Assembly (NCBI GenBank): GCA_964019335.1
Contig: OZ025700.1
Coordinates: 248,001-312,000, forward strand
DNA length: 64,000 bases
Direction of reading: 5' to 3'
DNA from: Diplonema japonicum
Taxonomy: Eukaryota > Protista > Euglenozoa: Diplonemea
Shown here: piece by piece, positions 21,147 through 33,900 of the stretch
Layout of the letters: each line of letters starts with the position of its first letter
Numbering within the stretch: the stretch's first letter is position 1
Position numbers and translations under genes: made by a program
The notes under the pieces: generated by a model
Seen by the model: the letters and a program-made list of their open reading frames with translations, nothing else
Databases searched by the model: none
What the model was told of the DNA's origin: nothing

Positions 21147-23604
21147 CTATTTCCGTCTTGTAGGTGAGGTGTTAGGCGATCCTGGTGGGGTAAGCTGTGA
21201 GGTCGCGGTTTTGTTTTCTTCTTTCCCCCCTTCTTCAGCATACCAATCTCCCTATAGGAAAATCACCCGTGTCAATCTGTGCGTACTCATCCCCGAGCAT
21301 ATCCTGTTAAAAAAAAAATTTTTTTTTCTTCAAAAACTTTTGTAATCGCGTCCAAACCTGCAACTTATTCCACTCAGCAGGATCTGTTGGGAGGCTGGGG
21401 GGCAATTGCCGGTGAGAAAGGGGAAGAAGCTGGGCAGGCAAACTCTGATGTTGTTGTTGTTGTTGCAGTTGTTGCTGCTGGATGTGTTGCTGCATCAGAC
21501 GCAGACGTTGGTGTTCGTCGTGCTGGATCTTCAGGTTCCTGTCGATCTGTTCCTGTTGCGCCAGCTGAGGATTGGCATTGTACAGCTGCTGCTGATACAC
21601 AGCCTGTGGGATAGGGAGCTGCGAAGGCGCGGCAACATGCGGGACGGGGCTTGGTGAGATGCTTGCCTGACTGACAGGGAAAGGGGATTGCTCCAAATCC
21701 ACCTCTATGCCGTTCTCTATCTCCCTTAACCTCTCCTGCAGCCCTGTGAGGTGTTTGAGCCGCCGTGCTTCGTGTTGGCTTTCGCTATCCTCCGTCTGCT
21801 TTTTCTTCTCTCGTGACTGACGATATTTCCGGAGCTTTGATTCGCCAGAAACAACCGCAGGCCGTATCTCAGCTCGTTGTGGCGCCAGTGCAACAGCCAC
21901 CTGCTCCATTGGCAAGGGTGTTGGCGGTGCTGCAACGGCAGCGGCAGTGGCCGCTTGATGCTGCTCGTACTGTTGCCGCAACGCTTCTTGCTGTTCTGCC
22001 AACTGCTGTATCTGCTGTTGCAGCATCAACTGTTGCTGCTGCTGTTGTTGGTGGTTCGGAATCTGGTGCTGCTGCAGCATTCTTTCGTAAGCCGCTTGCT
22101 GCCTCCGCACCGACTCCATCTCGATCCCTTCCTTCGCTTGTATCTGCCGTCTGGTGATATCTGCCTTCACCGCTTCCTGCTGCATCTCCAACGTCTGCTG
22201 CTGCTGTGTAAAACCCGTCATGTGTTCTGCTTTACGTTTTTGTATCTCCTCTATAATGTCCATCTTCCGCTGTTCCTGCTGGGTCTGCTGCAGTTTGTGT
22301 TGTTCCTGAAGATTTCGAAGGTGTTCTTGCAACGCGGTGACCTGCTGGTTGTGAGGTGTTGTGGAAGCTTCGCTCGCCTGCCCGGTCAGTGAGGACAATT
22401 GATGCTGCAGGTCGTGGAGCTGTTTATGCAAAGCACTGACATCATCGCCCTGCTTCTTCGGAGGGTCCTGCGGGTACGGAAGGGGAGGGGACGCTGCACG
22501 CTTCGGCAGCGCAACCGACGCAGGGACACCACATGGGGTGATACTACTAATATCCAAAGAAGGTTCTCGAGAAGAGGATTTGCAAAGCCCAGTAGGGTCG
22601 CAGGGTATCCGAGTCCAACCTTGTGTTTGGTCACGTATGTCCATGGTGTGGATGGCACCGACGCCGGCAGAAACGAAAAGCTTGCCTTTGTGTACAACCG
22701 TCATGAGGCGTTTGCTTTGCCAAGAAGGGGTGCAGAAGGGGAAGGAACGCCAAGCTCCTGTGGCAATGTCCCACATCCAAGCATCATTGATGAGTTTCGA
22801 GCCCTCAGTCGGGTCGACGGTCATACCACCAAAAACCAGCATTTCGGCTAAACATGTCAGGGAAACATGAAGCCCCCTGGGGATAGGTGAAGGAGGTTGA
22901 GGTGTCGACTGGCTCCACGACATGCTCTCCGTGTTGTACGTGTGCACTACATCAGAGAGCAATGCAGAGGGTGGAGAGCCGCGGGGTTCGTTCACACCTT
23001 GTTGCGACACGTCAAAGCCTCCGAACACGATCATGAAATGCCTGAACATCACTGTCGTGTGGCCCCATACTTTTGGATGGATCGGGTCGACCCTCTCTAT
23101 CGGCCTCCAAGTCCGCGACGTGACCTCCATCACGAAAATCGAAAAAAAACCGTTTGCATCGTCTTGTGAAAGCGTTTCGATTGTTTGGTTGACCGGCCGG
23201 CCGTTTTTTGTGGGCTTCCCACCCAAGACGTACATGCTTCCATTACACAATGCCGCTGTGTGATGTGATCGGTGTCCTGGAGAGGTTCCGTGTGTTGGCA
23301 CCCTCCGCCATTGATATGTCTCCATGTCCAGTTCGTAGTAGGGCTCTGAGTCGGCGTCGGAGGACCCGCATATTTCACCTCCGTACATTAGCAAAGACCC
23401 GCCATAGATGCAGCCGGAGTGGAAGAGCCTGCTGGCTGGGATCTCTCCGCCGCAGATCTGTTCCTTCCACTTGAAGCTGACTAGGTTCAGCAACCAGATT
23501 TTTTTCGCCACGACACCTCCGTGTACAACCATGTCGTCTTCGTTCAACACGCAAACCGTCCCGTCGCTTTTGGCCGTTAACCCTCCACGGGGGGCCGCCG
23601 TCAT
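21147..23604 (-). CDS. Kelch-repeat protein with Gln-rich coiled-coil tail; exons 23604-21358, 21303-21244, 21194-21147
   Basis: Kelch repeats (RxxH...GG...W). Two phase-0 GT-AG introns (21304-21357, 21195-21243) give ...KLQ|DMLGDEYAQIDTGDFPIGRL|LTPPGSPNTSPTRRK*. Confidence 0.8.
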
Positions 23605-23799
23605 CTCGGCCTCCTGGAGGTCGGGGTTGGGGTTGGGGGCACGTGACGGGAATAAAGTTCGCCAACATACATAACTCAAAAAGAAGGAGAAAGAAAAAAA
23701 AAAAAAGTGGAGAACGTACAAAATTTCTTTTCGAGAAAGAAGAAGAAAAAAAAAGAAACAAGGATAATAGATAACAAAAAAAAAATAATAACAACAACA

Positions 23800-26761
23800 T
23801 TACAATTTCCTTGAGGGATCGGTCAAGCGGAGGACCTCGTCGGTGCGGCGTCTTGCAACAGCAAGCTCCTCGGAGAGGCCTGTGGCGCGGAGAGGAGAGA
23901 GGTTGCGGGGTGTGGTGGAGCGGGCACCAATAGAACCGGTTCGCTTCCGCAACGTTTTTCTCTTGAAAGCCTCGACTGCAGGAACGTCACGGACAGTGGT
24001 ATACATGAGATTGTGATCACGGCGGGAGGACGAAGCACTCCCGAAGCGAGGGGTTGACGACCCAAAAGCAAAGCTTTTACTGACACGAACCGGCTTCGTG
24101 CCATCAAGTTCCTCACTGCTTGTCACACCAGCACATATATCAACTTCTCTGTCTCTCTTCATTATCGGCACGGGCACAGGGATGTCCGTCTCAATAGTCG
24201 AAGCAGACGGGTGGTCGTAAAAACCTTTATTGTCAAAACCCTGCCGTGGTGCAGGCGACCCTACAGACAGTACGGTATTTGCCGTTTTCGTTTCTTCCAG
24301 TTCCGCTTTGGTCTGTCTCAGCTCTTGCATCAGCATGTGCACCTGGTCCATCTCAATGGTCCCTTTCAATGGTGGTGTTGGTGTGCATTCAACGCCGCTG
24401 AACGCAAGCGGCTGTCTCGCCCCCGACAGCAGGCTCGCCTTGCTCGCCATCGACACCGACGGTTTCTGAAGATAACGTTGAACAAAAACAAAAGAAATAG
24501 TACTCATACCAAAAGCGCTTCCAATGCAGGGGAGTGTGATATGGGGCCTGTCGATCTCATCAGCGATGCCTGTGTGTGATAAATTTTTCAATCAGCTGCT
24601 ATGGCGGGCATACCGTGCTCCTTATTGGGGAGGACAGAGGCATCGAGTACCCTGTCGCCACTGACGACTTGCTGACGAGTTCGTCCCGTAGGTGGTTCGA
24701 CTCGACGACCACCTTCTCGAGCTGCTCTTTGAGGTAATTCGTTTCCTGCAGTGCTCTGTCGCGATCTGCCTTCAGGTTGTTCATATCATCCAACTTCTTT
24801 TGCAGTTCCGCACCCTGCATGTCTGCCTGCCTCTGGTGCTCGTCCCGTATCGTGCTCAGAAGGTGCTCCATCTGCGTCTGCGACTCGATAAGTTTGCCAT
24901 GCAACTGTTCAACTTTCACTTTTTCCCCATCCCTCTCCTCCGCAAGCCGCCTGATCTCCCCAACCACCTCTTGAATCAACTGTGGCGGTGCAGTGGCTGC
25001 TGGGATGCTTGGCACCTGCGGACCAAGAGGCACAGGGGAGGGTGACGAAATGTGCGCTCTCGGACTTGCAGGTGGATTCATCTGATGGGCCATCGGAGGA
25101 TCGGCAACAGGGGCAGAGTGCTGCTGCGGTGCGGGAGTGGATGCATGGTTCGGGATCTTATTGAAGCAAGGCTGCAGCAACTGTTGCACGTACGAAGCCA
25201 CATCGCTGGTGCTGAACAGCGAGGGCGCGTGCACAGGAGACGCCGGCGCAACGGGGGCGGCAACTGGCGGCACGGTCGTATGATTCCCAGACGCGATGGA
25301 CATGACGGATGGCGGGCTGTGCGGGGCACTTTGAATGACGGCTGTCTGGTGCTTAGTGCTGATCGGCACAACCTGAGTCGCCGCAGCGGGTACATGCGTG
25401 ACCACAGGAGGGGGGCTCTGCGTTGGGGAAAAACTCGGAAGTTCTTTCCGTGGCGACACTGAAGCCTTGATGGATGCAGACTCGTTGACCTTTGTGATAG
25501 CCGGGGGGACAAATCCGACACGCTGCTGCATGGTTGCCTGCGAAGTGCTGATTCTCGCCGGAGACGACGACCTCTTGCCTTCAGACACGGCGGAGAGGTA
25601 GTCCACGACGGCACGCTGCCGTTCCAGCTCGCGGTTGAGCATAAGGGACTCCATGTGCGCCTTGTTCGTGAGCACCTCCTGCACGTCAAGTTCATAACGA
25701 GGGTCGCGTACGGCAACCTCAACAGTGGAGGCTTTCGCGACGCCTGTGATGTATGACTGGTCGGGTGTGGCGAACTGCCTGAGAGGTGACTCGCTTTCCG
25801 ATTCGTTGTCGATGAGAGGGTGCGGCAGCCGGGCTACAGAAGGCTCTTCGAACACAGCAGGAGCAGGGAAAGAAGCGGAAGGGAACGACTGCACGACGCT
25901 CGGAACAGAGGCCTCAAAGGGAACGCTGTCGTACTGAGATATGACAGCTGTTTCCTTGTTGATGCCTGTCTGTATGCTGCTGCATTGCTGTTCCAGTTTT
26001 TTGAGGCGTGCCTCTGCCATGACCCGCTCTGTTTCACGTTGCATGAGAAGATCTTTGCTGACAGCGTCCGACGCCTGCTGTTCCTTGGCGTCGTTATCAG
26101 CCCATAGCTTCCGATGGCGTGCCCATTCAAGAGAATATTCAATTTGTTGATCATGGTCGAGCATTTGAAGCTGGTCCACTTGGAGCTTTCGAGTACGGTC
26201 CTCCTCGTCGAGCTCCCTGTGAAGCTCATGGTATGCAGAAGCACGTGTTGCTTCGTACCATTCCTTTTGTTCTAAGTCGCGGACTCGTTTACGGTCGGCT
26301 CGTGATTCGCGTTCAAGTGCCTCTCGAGCGTCGGATTCAAGGTCGTGGAGCTCCCTGTCCTTCTTCATGAGGTCTAGGCGTACTTCGACGGCTTGCCTTT
26401 CTTTAAATTCTTTGATCCATGTGTCTTGTGTTCGTTCTTGTGCTTGTTTGTACTGACGGTCGATTTCAGCTTGTTCCAGTTTTGCCGTGTCTACAAGAAC
26501 GCCCTCCCTGTGTTTGAGTAGGTCTGCTCGCTCGCCTTCTGCGTTTTTTCGAAATTCGGCTTCTTCCAGTAATCTCCGTGTGATTTTCTTCTCTTCTTCT
26601 TCAAGCTTCAGCTGTTCCCTTATTCGATTCTCCTGCCTCGATTGTTCCATTCGTGCTTGGCGTTCTTCTTCGCTCTCTTCAGGAAGCCTCCCCCCTACAA
26701 GATCAAACGTCGGCGGCGTTGCGGTACCAATACCATAGCCTTGACTGGTTTCAGGGTTCAT
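23800..26761 (-). CDS. Coiled-coil, Pro-rich hypothetical protein (probably cytoskeletal); exons 26761-24614, 24569-24510, 24465-23800
   Basis: The 720-aa and 263-aa ORFs join in frame via two 44-nt phase-0 GTATG..CAG introns (24570-24613, 24466-24509) around a 60-nt exon. Confidence 0.8.
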
Positions 26762-27842
26762 TATTATTTCTTTTCTTTTGTGTGTGTATATATATGAACC
26801 TGTAACCCTGTCTGTGATGTTATAATTTTTTTTTTTTTAAAAATATGGGTGTGAAATTGGAAAATGAGGTGAATTTATATTTTGGGGGAGGGGGAAATAA
26901 TCATAACATGGTAAAAAAAAGGGGGGGGGGCGGGACAGTATGAAGGGATTTTAAAAGGGAAATCGAGAAACCAAGGGAAAGGGGTTTTTTTTGGGGGGGG
27001 TTATGAAACATAGTGTTCTTTTTTTTTTTTCAAATCGAAAAAAGTACGTGAGCATGGGGGGCATAAAAAAAAACAAGGAAAAAAAAAAGAGGGAAATCGA
27101 GAAAGGGGAGTGTGTGTGAAAAGGAAAAAAAAAAAAAAAAAAAAAAAAAAACTGAGGGAGAAGAGAGTTGAAAAACTAAAGGCCCACAAGCAGATAACTT
27201 TCTTTTCCCCCCTAACGTTTAGCTTCTACCTTCGCTCTTGGGTGGCAAGTGAGGGTTTTTTTTTTTTTTTTTAAAGCTTTTTTTTTATTCCATTTTTTTT
27301 TCTTTGCCCCAGTGCTGGCTAGAGAAGAAAAAAAGGAGGAAAACAAATGAAAAGAAAGTTTTGTTAATCGACTCCCTTTTCCTTTTTTTTCCCTCCTCTC
27401 GTTGACCATTTTTTTTTTTAAAGCACATCAAGCAAAATACCCAAGGGAAAGGACAGGAAGCAAACATTAAAAAAAGGAACAGCTGAAACGTTCCTGGCTT
27501 ATCATAATCGGGTACGGATGGGGGCGGTGAGGGGGGTGGAGGGGGTTCTTCTCTTCATACGTCCATTGTTAAACTTTTACTATACTTTTTTTACTATACT
27601 TTTTTTGAAACCATTTTTTCTCCCCCTCCCCAATGACCGGATTTGTATGAGCCCGGGTGACTGTGTAAAAGACCAAAAAAAAAAAATATTAAAAAAAGGA
27701 AAATAAATACTAGTCAAAAAAAAATCAAGGTTTGCTTTTCGCGCTCATTACCTCCCCCCCCTTTTTTTTCTTCTTTCCCTGTTCTGGACCTATTAAAAGA
27801 AAGGGAGGAAAAAAGCTATTCCTTGGGGTTTTTTTTTTTTTT

Positions 27843-29103
27843 TTTTATTTCACAGTTTATTAAGCCAAATTTAACAGGGCGGGGAAATAAACTAACATAA
27901 TTCTTCCAGCTTTTTTTTAAATCAAGATGCCAAAAAGCAAGAAGGTCAAGCGCATGGAAGAGATCTATGAGTCAAACATATAAGAGCCCTTCCTATGAAA
28001 AAGCGTGGACTGCGGTGCTCGAGTCAGAGAACATAGCAGGGAAGCCGCGTGAGCAAGATATCGTGAGCTACTTCCAAAGCAGGAGGGAAGCCGGGCTCAA
28101 GGCATCGAGCCTCTGGTGTCTTTACTCCAAATTGAACGCAACCTTCAAAGCCAAGTACAACTGCAAACTACAAGCTTGGCCTCGCTTGACGTCTTTGTTA
28201 AAGTTCTGGGACCGTAACGAAGAGCGTCACGTGGCTGCCACTTTATCAAGTGACGAGGTTCAAGATTATATTGAACAAATAAAAGGGACCGCTAACGCCG
28301 CTATCGTTGCTTGCATGTTTAGCGGGGGCATGAGAGCTTGCGAAGTGGTGTCGATGGAAATCAGCGACATTGTTAAGAATCAAGTTGATGGGTGGTTTAT
28401 CTGCACCGCAGCACGTTCAAAGACGGGTGGGCACACAAAATTCCACATGTCTGGCATTTATGCATCAGCAATGGACCAGTACTTGTTGCTACGACCTAAG
28501 AAAGAGACCAAGCGTATACAAACTGGGGTACGATGTGGCATCCGTCATCGGAAAGCCCGCCAATGAGATATCCAAGTTTACGTCACACACTTTTCGACGT
28601 TCTGCGGCCACAGCTGCTGCTGAAAACGGCGCATCTATCTCCATGATGCAATCACATTTTGGATGGAGAAACACAAGCATGCCAGCAATGTACGTGGAAC
28701 AGAGCACAAGCAGTGCGCAACACATGGCAGGACTTTTGAGTCAAATACAGACCAGCCCAGGACCAGGAAGCCCAAGCCAGTCACCGCCAGGAGTAGATAG
28801 TACCTACTCCACCCCTTTTTTTCTTTTCTTTTGCCATTTTTATTTTTTCATTCTACAAACAAGCGTGATAGTCCAGCGTATTCCGGTATTCCACGTCCCA
28901 CTCTTTGAGAATTTAGGCCTCGGGAAAATAAACTGTAAATAAAACGCCGTATTCCGGGGTAAAGTAGGGTTTACCTTTTCCCTCGACAGATTGTCCTGGC
29001 CCCTCGGAACCAATTTTTACCGAGCGAAGCGAGGTAAAAATTATGTCCTCGGGAGCCACAATCTGTCTCGGGGAAATAAACCCTACTTTATTGCCCCGGA
29101 ATA
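27843..29103 (+). mobile_element. Crypton-like tyrosine-recombinase DNA transposon (frameshifted copy); boundaries approximate
   Basis: ORFs 27967-28566 and 28370-28942 together carry the YR catalytic set: GGMRACE (R), RSKT (K), HTFRRSAAT (HxxR), HFGW, MY (Y). N-domain LKASSLWCLYSKL resembles Crypton-type YRs. Flanking inverted repeat and a long 3' hairpin. Confidence 0.8.
28950..29103. repeat. 154-bp imperfect palindrome (long hairpin)
   Basis: tattccgggg/ccccggaata, taaagtagggttta/taaaccctacttta, gacagattgt/acaatctgtc, aatttttacc/ggtaaaaatt around the loop gagcgaagcga. Confidence 0.92.
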
Positions 29104-29757
29104 AATATGTTATTTTTTTTTTGCGCACTGGCACTTCCAAAGACACAATTTGCTTTTTTTTTTTTCCAGAGTTGCTATCCCCCCGTATCTGAGACAAAAA
29201 AAAGGGGGGGAGTGAGGACCACGGTAAAGGAGAGAACACAAAATGAGAAAGGAAAAGCCCTTAATTTTTTTTAATAAAAAAGTATAACGTGTGGAAAAGA
29301 AGTTAAAAAAGAGCGGCACCCCCCCTCCCTCCGGACTGCAAAACATGGAGGAATAGATAAAAATCAAGACTAAAGAGATATCTTTATAAAAAAAACCCCC
29401 CCCGTGTGTGAAGGAAAAGGACAGGAAATGAAAAAAGAGAAGGGAGGGGGAACTTTTTTTATAGGAGGAAGGAAATTGTCGTTCAAAAAAAAAAAAAAAA
29501 AAAAGAAGAAGTCGGAAGGCGAAGAACGCAAAAGGGAGAATATCTCTGTATTTCAAAATACAGTTTCTTTTCTTTTCTTTTTTTTTTTCTTCTTTCTTTT
29601 TTCTTTTTATTTCACTCTTCAGGTGCTTACGACAGCAGAGTAAAAGCAGCTCCCATAAGATGCTGGTTCGGTTTCTAAAACAACTTTTCCCTTGCAAGCG
29701 CTCCCAACTCGGGTGATTGGGAGGAAAGAGACCTGATCCCTTCGCGAGCTTTGCGTG

Positions 29758-29794
<37 letters not shown>

Positions 29795-30258
29795 ACTTTT
29801 ACCTACCTCTAAAGAATGACTTTTTTTTTTTTTTTTTTTTAAACCGCATCTTCTCGGTAGAAAGATAAAAATAAACCATTCAACTTTTTCTTTTGTGTCG
29901 GTAGCAAAATGGCCATCTTTTTCTTTTTTTGTTTCCTTCGCCCCTCCCCCTCCTTCCCAACTAAGAAAAAAAAAAAAAAAAAAAAAAAAACCGAATAAGC
30001 GAGGGAAACGCGTCAACGAGACCAATGGCCACATAAAAAGAGGGGGAAAGAAAAAGAAGAAAAAAAAAGCAAAACATCAATTCTTTTTTTTGTTTTTTTT
30101 TTATTTTTCTTCTTTTTTTTTGTTTGTTCCCCCCCAACAGGATAGTTTTTTTTTTTTCCGGCCGAAAATGGTTTCTCCCCCCCCCCCCCCCCCTCGCATT
30201 TCACAAAAAAATAAAATAAAATATGGCACAACTCAAAAAAAAAAAAAAAAAAACCCTC

Positions 30259-31314
30259 TCATTTTCCACGTATCGAAACGGTTGTAGCCGGCATCCCATA
30301 ACCAGAAGCAGTAGGCACACGGGGACGGTGGTGGTGGTGGTGATGATGGTGGTGATGGTGATGAAAATAATATCCAGGACCAAGACCGGGGTGGAAAGCG
30401 TGCATCGCATGGTGCTGATGAGAAAAAAGCATCGAAGGCGCGAACGGCTGGTAAACATGCGCGCGAAACATCACCTGCGGCAGACGGGACTGAGGAATAC
30501 AATTCGTAGGAAGCAAAGCGGACGGGTTGCACCGTACTAGCACACCGACCAACGAAGCAAGATTCCGGGAATCTACATGCCCTCTATGAGGCTTCCCCAC
30601 CCACGACAACCCAACACCCCTTACCATATGCTGTAGTATAGGTGCTTTAAGACGCTCTGCAGGCCGAGTCGCCATGTACGCATCCCGGACATCGCACCAC
30701 CCAGTACACCCTGTTGGGTAAGGTATACCCTTTCTCTTGCAATCGTGGTACAAAAACTTTCCAAAGTCCCAACACCCATCTGTTACCCATATGAAATTGG
30801 TCTCGCCTTCTTCGGTTTTCGCCATGGGCCATGGTACAAGCCGCCGCCGCCGCATCCAGGTTTCCATTCTTCGTACGGCTTCTGATAAAGGTGGAGCATT
30901 AGCTAGTGTTTCGTCGTCGATACCGGTTAAGTCGGTGCAGAATTTAGTTGGGGGTATTACAGGGTTTACGTAGGTGTGGAATCTAAACCCTGGTATTGTG
31001 TCACCCAAGCATTGTCCTGTCTTTGCGTCGACGGCTTCTACAGGTATTTCTAGTATTTCGTTTTCGAACCCTTGTGTGAACTGCCTGTTCCCGTTGCCGT
31101 CCATTCTCCCATCGCACGTCGCCTCGATATCGCAGCATAGATACACAGCAGGTGGTGGAAGCCCTGCTGCTCTTTCGTATATGCCCATCGTCCACGTGCT
31201 CACGTCCCATTCTCCTTCGTTCTCTGTCGTGTTATCCTCCTCTGCACTTGTGTCAACCCAAGCCTGTTCTGGCGAGGGTGGTGTCCAAGGTGGGGCATCG
31301 GCTATGCACGGCAT
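30259..31314 (-). CDS. ERI1-like DEDDh 3'-5' exoribonuclease with His-tract C-terminus
   Basis: CDIEATC, EILEIP, FHTYVNP, FCTDLTGI, VTDGCWDF, GKPHRGHVDSRN. Confidence 0.92.
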   Translation of the reverse strand: MPCIADAPPWTPPSPEQAWVDTSAEEDNTTENEGEWDVSTWTMGIYERAAGLPPPAVYLCCDIEATCDGRMDGNGNRQFTQGFENEILEIPVEAVDAKTGQCLGDTIPGFRFHTYVNPVIPPTKFCTDLTGIDDETLANAPPLSEAVRRMETWMRRRRLVPWPMAKTEEGETNFIWVTDGCWDFGKFLYHDCKRKGIPYPTGCTGWCDVRDAYMATRPAERLKAPILQHMVRGVGLSWVGKPHRGHVDSRNLASLVGVLVRCNPSALLPTNCIPQSRLPQVMFRAHVYQPFAPSMLFSHQHHAMHAFHPGLGPGYYFHHHHHHHHHHHHRPRVPTASGYGMPATTVSIRGK

Positions 31315-31498
31315 TTTTTTTTTTTAAATTCTCCCTCCAAATACCACCACTTTTTTTTTTTTTTTTTGGGGCGAATTTCTTTTTTTTTTTTCAAACGTAA
31401 AATATGATGTTTCCCCCCCCCCCTTTTTTTTCTTCTTGGCTTGTCTCATCAGAGAGTTTTTTTTTTCTTCTTTCTTTTTTTTTTTTTTTTTCCTTTTT

Positions 31499-32629
31499 TC
31501 AAATCGAATTATAATACACAGCGAATGCGGCTGCCACCGCGACAAACACGTGGAGGAAATATTTTTTCAGCAGCGAGGCGAGGGTTTCGGGTACCTGTGT
31601 CTCTTGCTTCGGGCTGGCGAGGAGCTGGTCTTCCCGCAGCTCCCTGTTCGCCACGAAAATACGCGCGATCTTCTCCTTGTTCTCCATATCGAGCCCCTCA
31701 TTAAGAAGCATCATGAGGTCCGTGAGAGTTCGGTTAGCCGACATGCTGTCATATACATCTTGGAATGATGCATTTGTCATGTTGATATTCGTAAGATCAA
31801 GCTTACGAAGAGTCTTGTTGGTTGTGAGGAATCTTGTCAAAGCGATCGCACCGTTGTCACACATTTCCCTGTTCGCACCGAGATCCACGGAAAGCAACGT
31901 TGTGTTATGAGCAAGACCCTCGCTTAGGTACTGGCACCCCTTTGGCTGGATATCATTGACTGAAAGGTCCATTATTTTGACTCCGCTTTTATTGGATTTC
32001 CAGAGGTCGCGGAGGGCTAAGCACCCGTCGTCAGATATACCATTGTCTCCCAGGCCGATTCTCATAAGATTTGTGTTTGACATAAGAGCCTTGCAGATGT
32101 CAGAACACCCGGCGTCGTGCAGCTTGTTGTAGTCAAGGTACAATTCTTGAAGTTTTGTATTTTTTTTGACGAGTTTTGCGACGTGGGGTCCCGCTGCTGC
32201 CGACAGGAAATTATCGACGAGATGGAGTTTTCTCAGGGTTTTCATTGTGGCGGCGTTTTCGCAGATTACTTCTGCGCCGTAATCCCACAGTTGGCATCCG
32301 TTGAGCGAGAGTTCTACCACATTTGTCATGATTTGCATTGTGTCTTGGAAATTGTATATTTCCATTTTGTCTTTGCCGAAGCCGTTTTCTCTGAGGTCTA
32401 CGTCACGGACGTTTACGGCTTTTTTGAGCAGTTTTGTCACGTTGGCCACCTTTGTGATCTTGTTGTTCCCCAGGTCCACCTCGTGCAGGGCTGTCCAGTC
32501 CCTTCCGGTCTTGTCCAGCCACTGCACCATTTCTCCCACGTCATCGTCTGTGAGCTCTTCGACCCTTATGTCGATTGTGTCCTCCGTGATGTTCTCCTCA
32601 AAAATTTTAACGAGGTTTTCCGTCGGCAT
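31499..32629 (-). CDS. RNI-like leucine-rich repeat protein with C-terminal membrane anchor
   Basis: About 28-aa LxxLxLxxNxLxDxG repeats; hydrophobic C-terminal tail. Confidence 0.92.
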   Translation of the reverse strand: MPTENLVKIFEENITEDTIDIRVEELTDDDVGEMVQWLDKTGRDWTALHEVDLGNNKITKVANVTKLLKKAVNVRDVDLRENGFGKDKMEIYNFQDTMQIMTNVVELSLNGCQLWDYGAEVICENAATMKTLRKLHLVDNFLSAAAGPHVAKLVKKNTKLQELYLDYNKLHDAGCSDICKALMSNTNLMRIGLGDNGISDDGCLALRDLWKSNKSGVKIMDLSVNDIQPKGCQYLSEGLAHNTTLLSVDLGANREMCDNGAIALTRFLTTNKTLRKLDLTNINMTNASFQDVYDSMSANRTLTDLMMLLNEGLDMENKEKIARIFVANRELREDQLLASPKQETQVPETLASLLKKYFLHVFVAVAAAFAVYYNSI

Positions 32630-33105
32630 TTTTATTTTTTTAATTATTATTTTTTTTTTAAATTATTTTCCCACTTTTCTTTTTTTTGTTGTCGCGCAAA
32701 GTACTTTTTAAAAAGATTTTAAAAAAAAAAATGGAGATAGGTAGAAAAAAAAAAATAGAGAGAGAATTACTGAGGGTTACTGAGAGGAGGGGTGGTGAGA
32801 GGGAGGGGGGGGAAAAAGAGAATTGCGAAAGAGGCACATTTTTTTTTTCTTTGAAAGACACACATTTTTTTTTTTCTCTCTCATTCTCTTTTTATTTCCC
32901 CTCTCCTCTCCCTCCCTTTTTTTTTTCTCTTTTTGAACAAAACAAAACAGACACGCTTTCCCTTCCATCATCTTTTTTTTTTCGGTAAGAGAACATCTCC
33001 CGTTTCCGATATTTCTGAGGGGAAAAAAAGTAAAAAAAGAAAAGTAAACGAAAAAGAACAGACGGAACAGCATAAAAGCAAAACAATACACCATATCACT
33101 AAGAC

Positions 33106-33463
33106 GGGCCTCCCCCCCAGTTCAAAACGGGGTTTTTTTTTTCCCCGAAAATCTTTTTCTTTTCTCCCTGAACAGTTTCTCAGGTTTCATCGACGTCCTG
33201 TGCTTTGTGAAACTCCGACATCTTCTCTCACGGCCTTTACCCAGCTATCTGGCTTCAGCTGCGTTTTTTCGCTCGACCAACTGCTTAGCAGCGCTTCGCG
33301 ATCTCAGCGTGCCCCCTGCTAGATCTTATTATCGAGATCGCATAAACCGGCAGCTGCGGAGCTGACCGAAAATTCAGTTGCAGTGTGAAACCCAAAGGAA
33401 TTGAAAAAAAAAAAATCCTCAGGTACAAAATTGCTTAGACCGGCGATCGCACCGAGGTGCCTG
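33106..33463 (-). mobile_element. Internally deleted copy of the hAT-like element at 60585-61687, opposite orientation
   Basis: Reverse-complement matches to 60614-60636 (aattgcttagaccggcgatcgca), about 61040-61255 and 61533-61546. Flanked by direct repeat (A/C)CTAAGAC at 33098-33105 and 33464-33471. Confidence 0.75.
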
Positions 33464-33645
33464 CCTAAGACCAATCCGGAGAAAGAGGGGGGGGGGGGGG
33501 GGGGAGAATCCCTAAAGAGTTTACACGGGATTTTAACGGAGGGGGGGGGGTGCTTTTTTTTGACGGGGTTTTTAGATATGGTGTACAAAATATAAAGAAA
33601 AGATGAAAGATGACGCGGGTAATTTTTTTTTATTATTATTATTAT

Positions 33646-33687
<42 letters not shown>

Positions 33688-33863
33688 GTTAGGATTGGTA
33701 ATCGTGGATTGGAGGGAGACAACAAGCGAAAAAGGAAATCTATAATCTCGTTACTTTAACCCGTACACGGCGCCAGTTTTTTTTTTTTTTAAGCATCGCT
33801 TCTACACCTCGATTCTGTACCTCTCCGCGTTTACTTTTCAACAACAGCATAACATTTTTTTTC

Positions 33864-33895
<32 letters not shown>

Positions 33896-33900
<5 letters not shown>

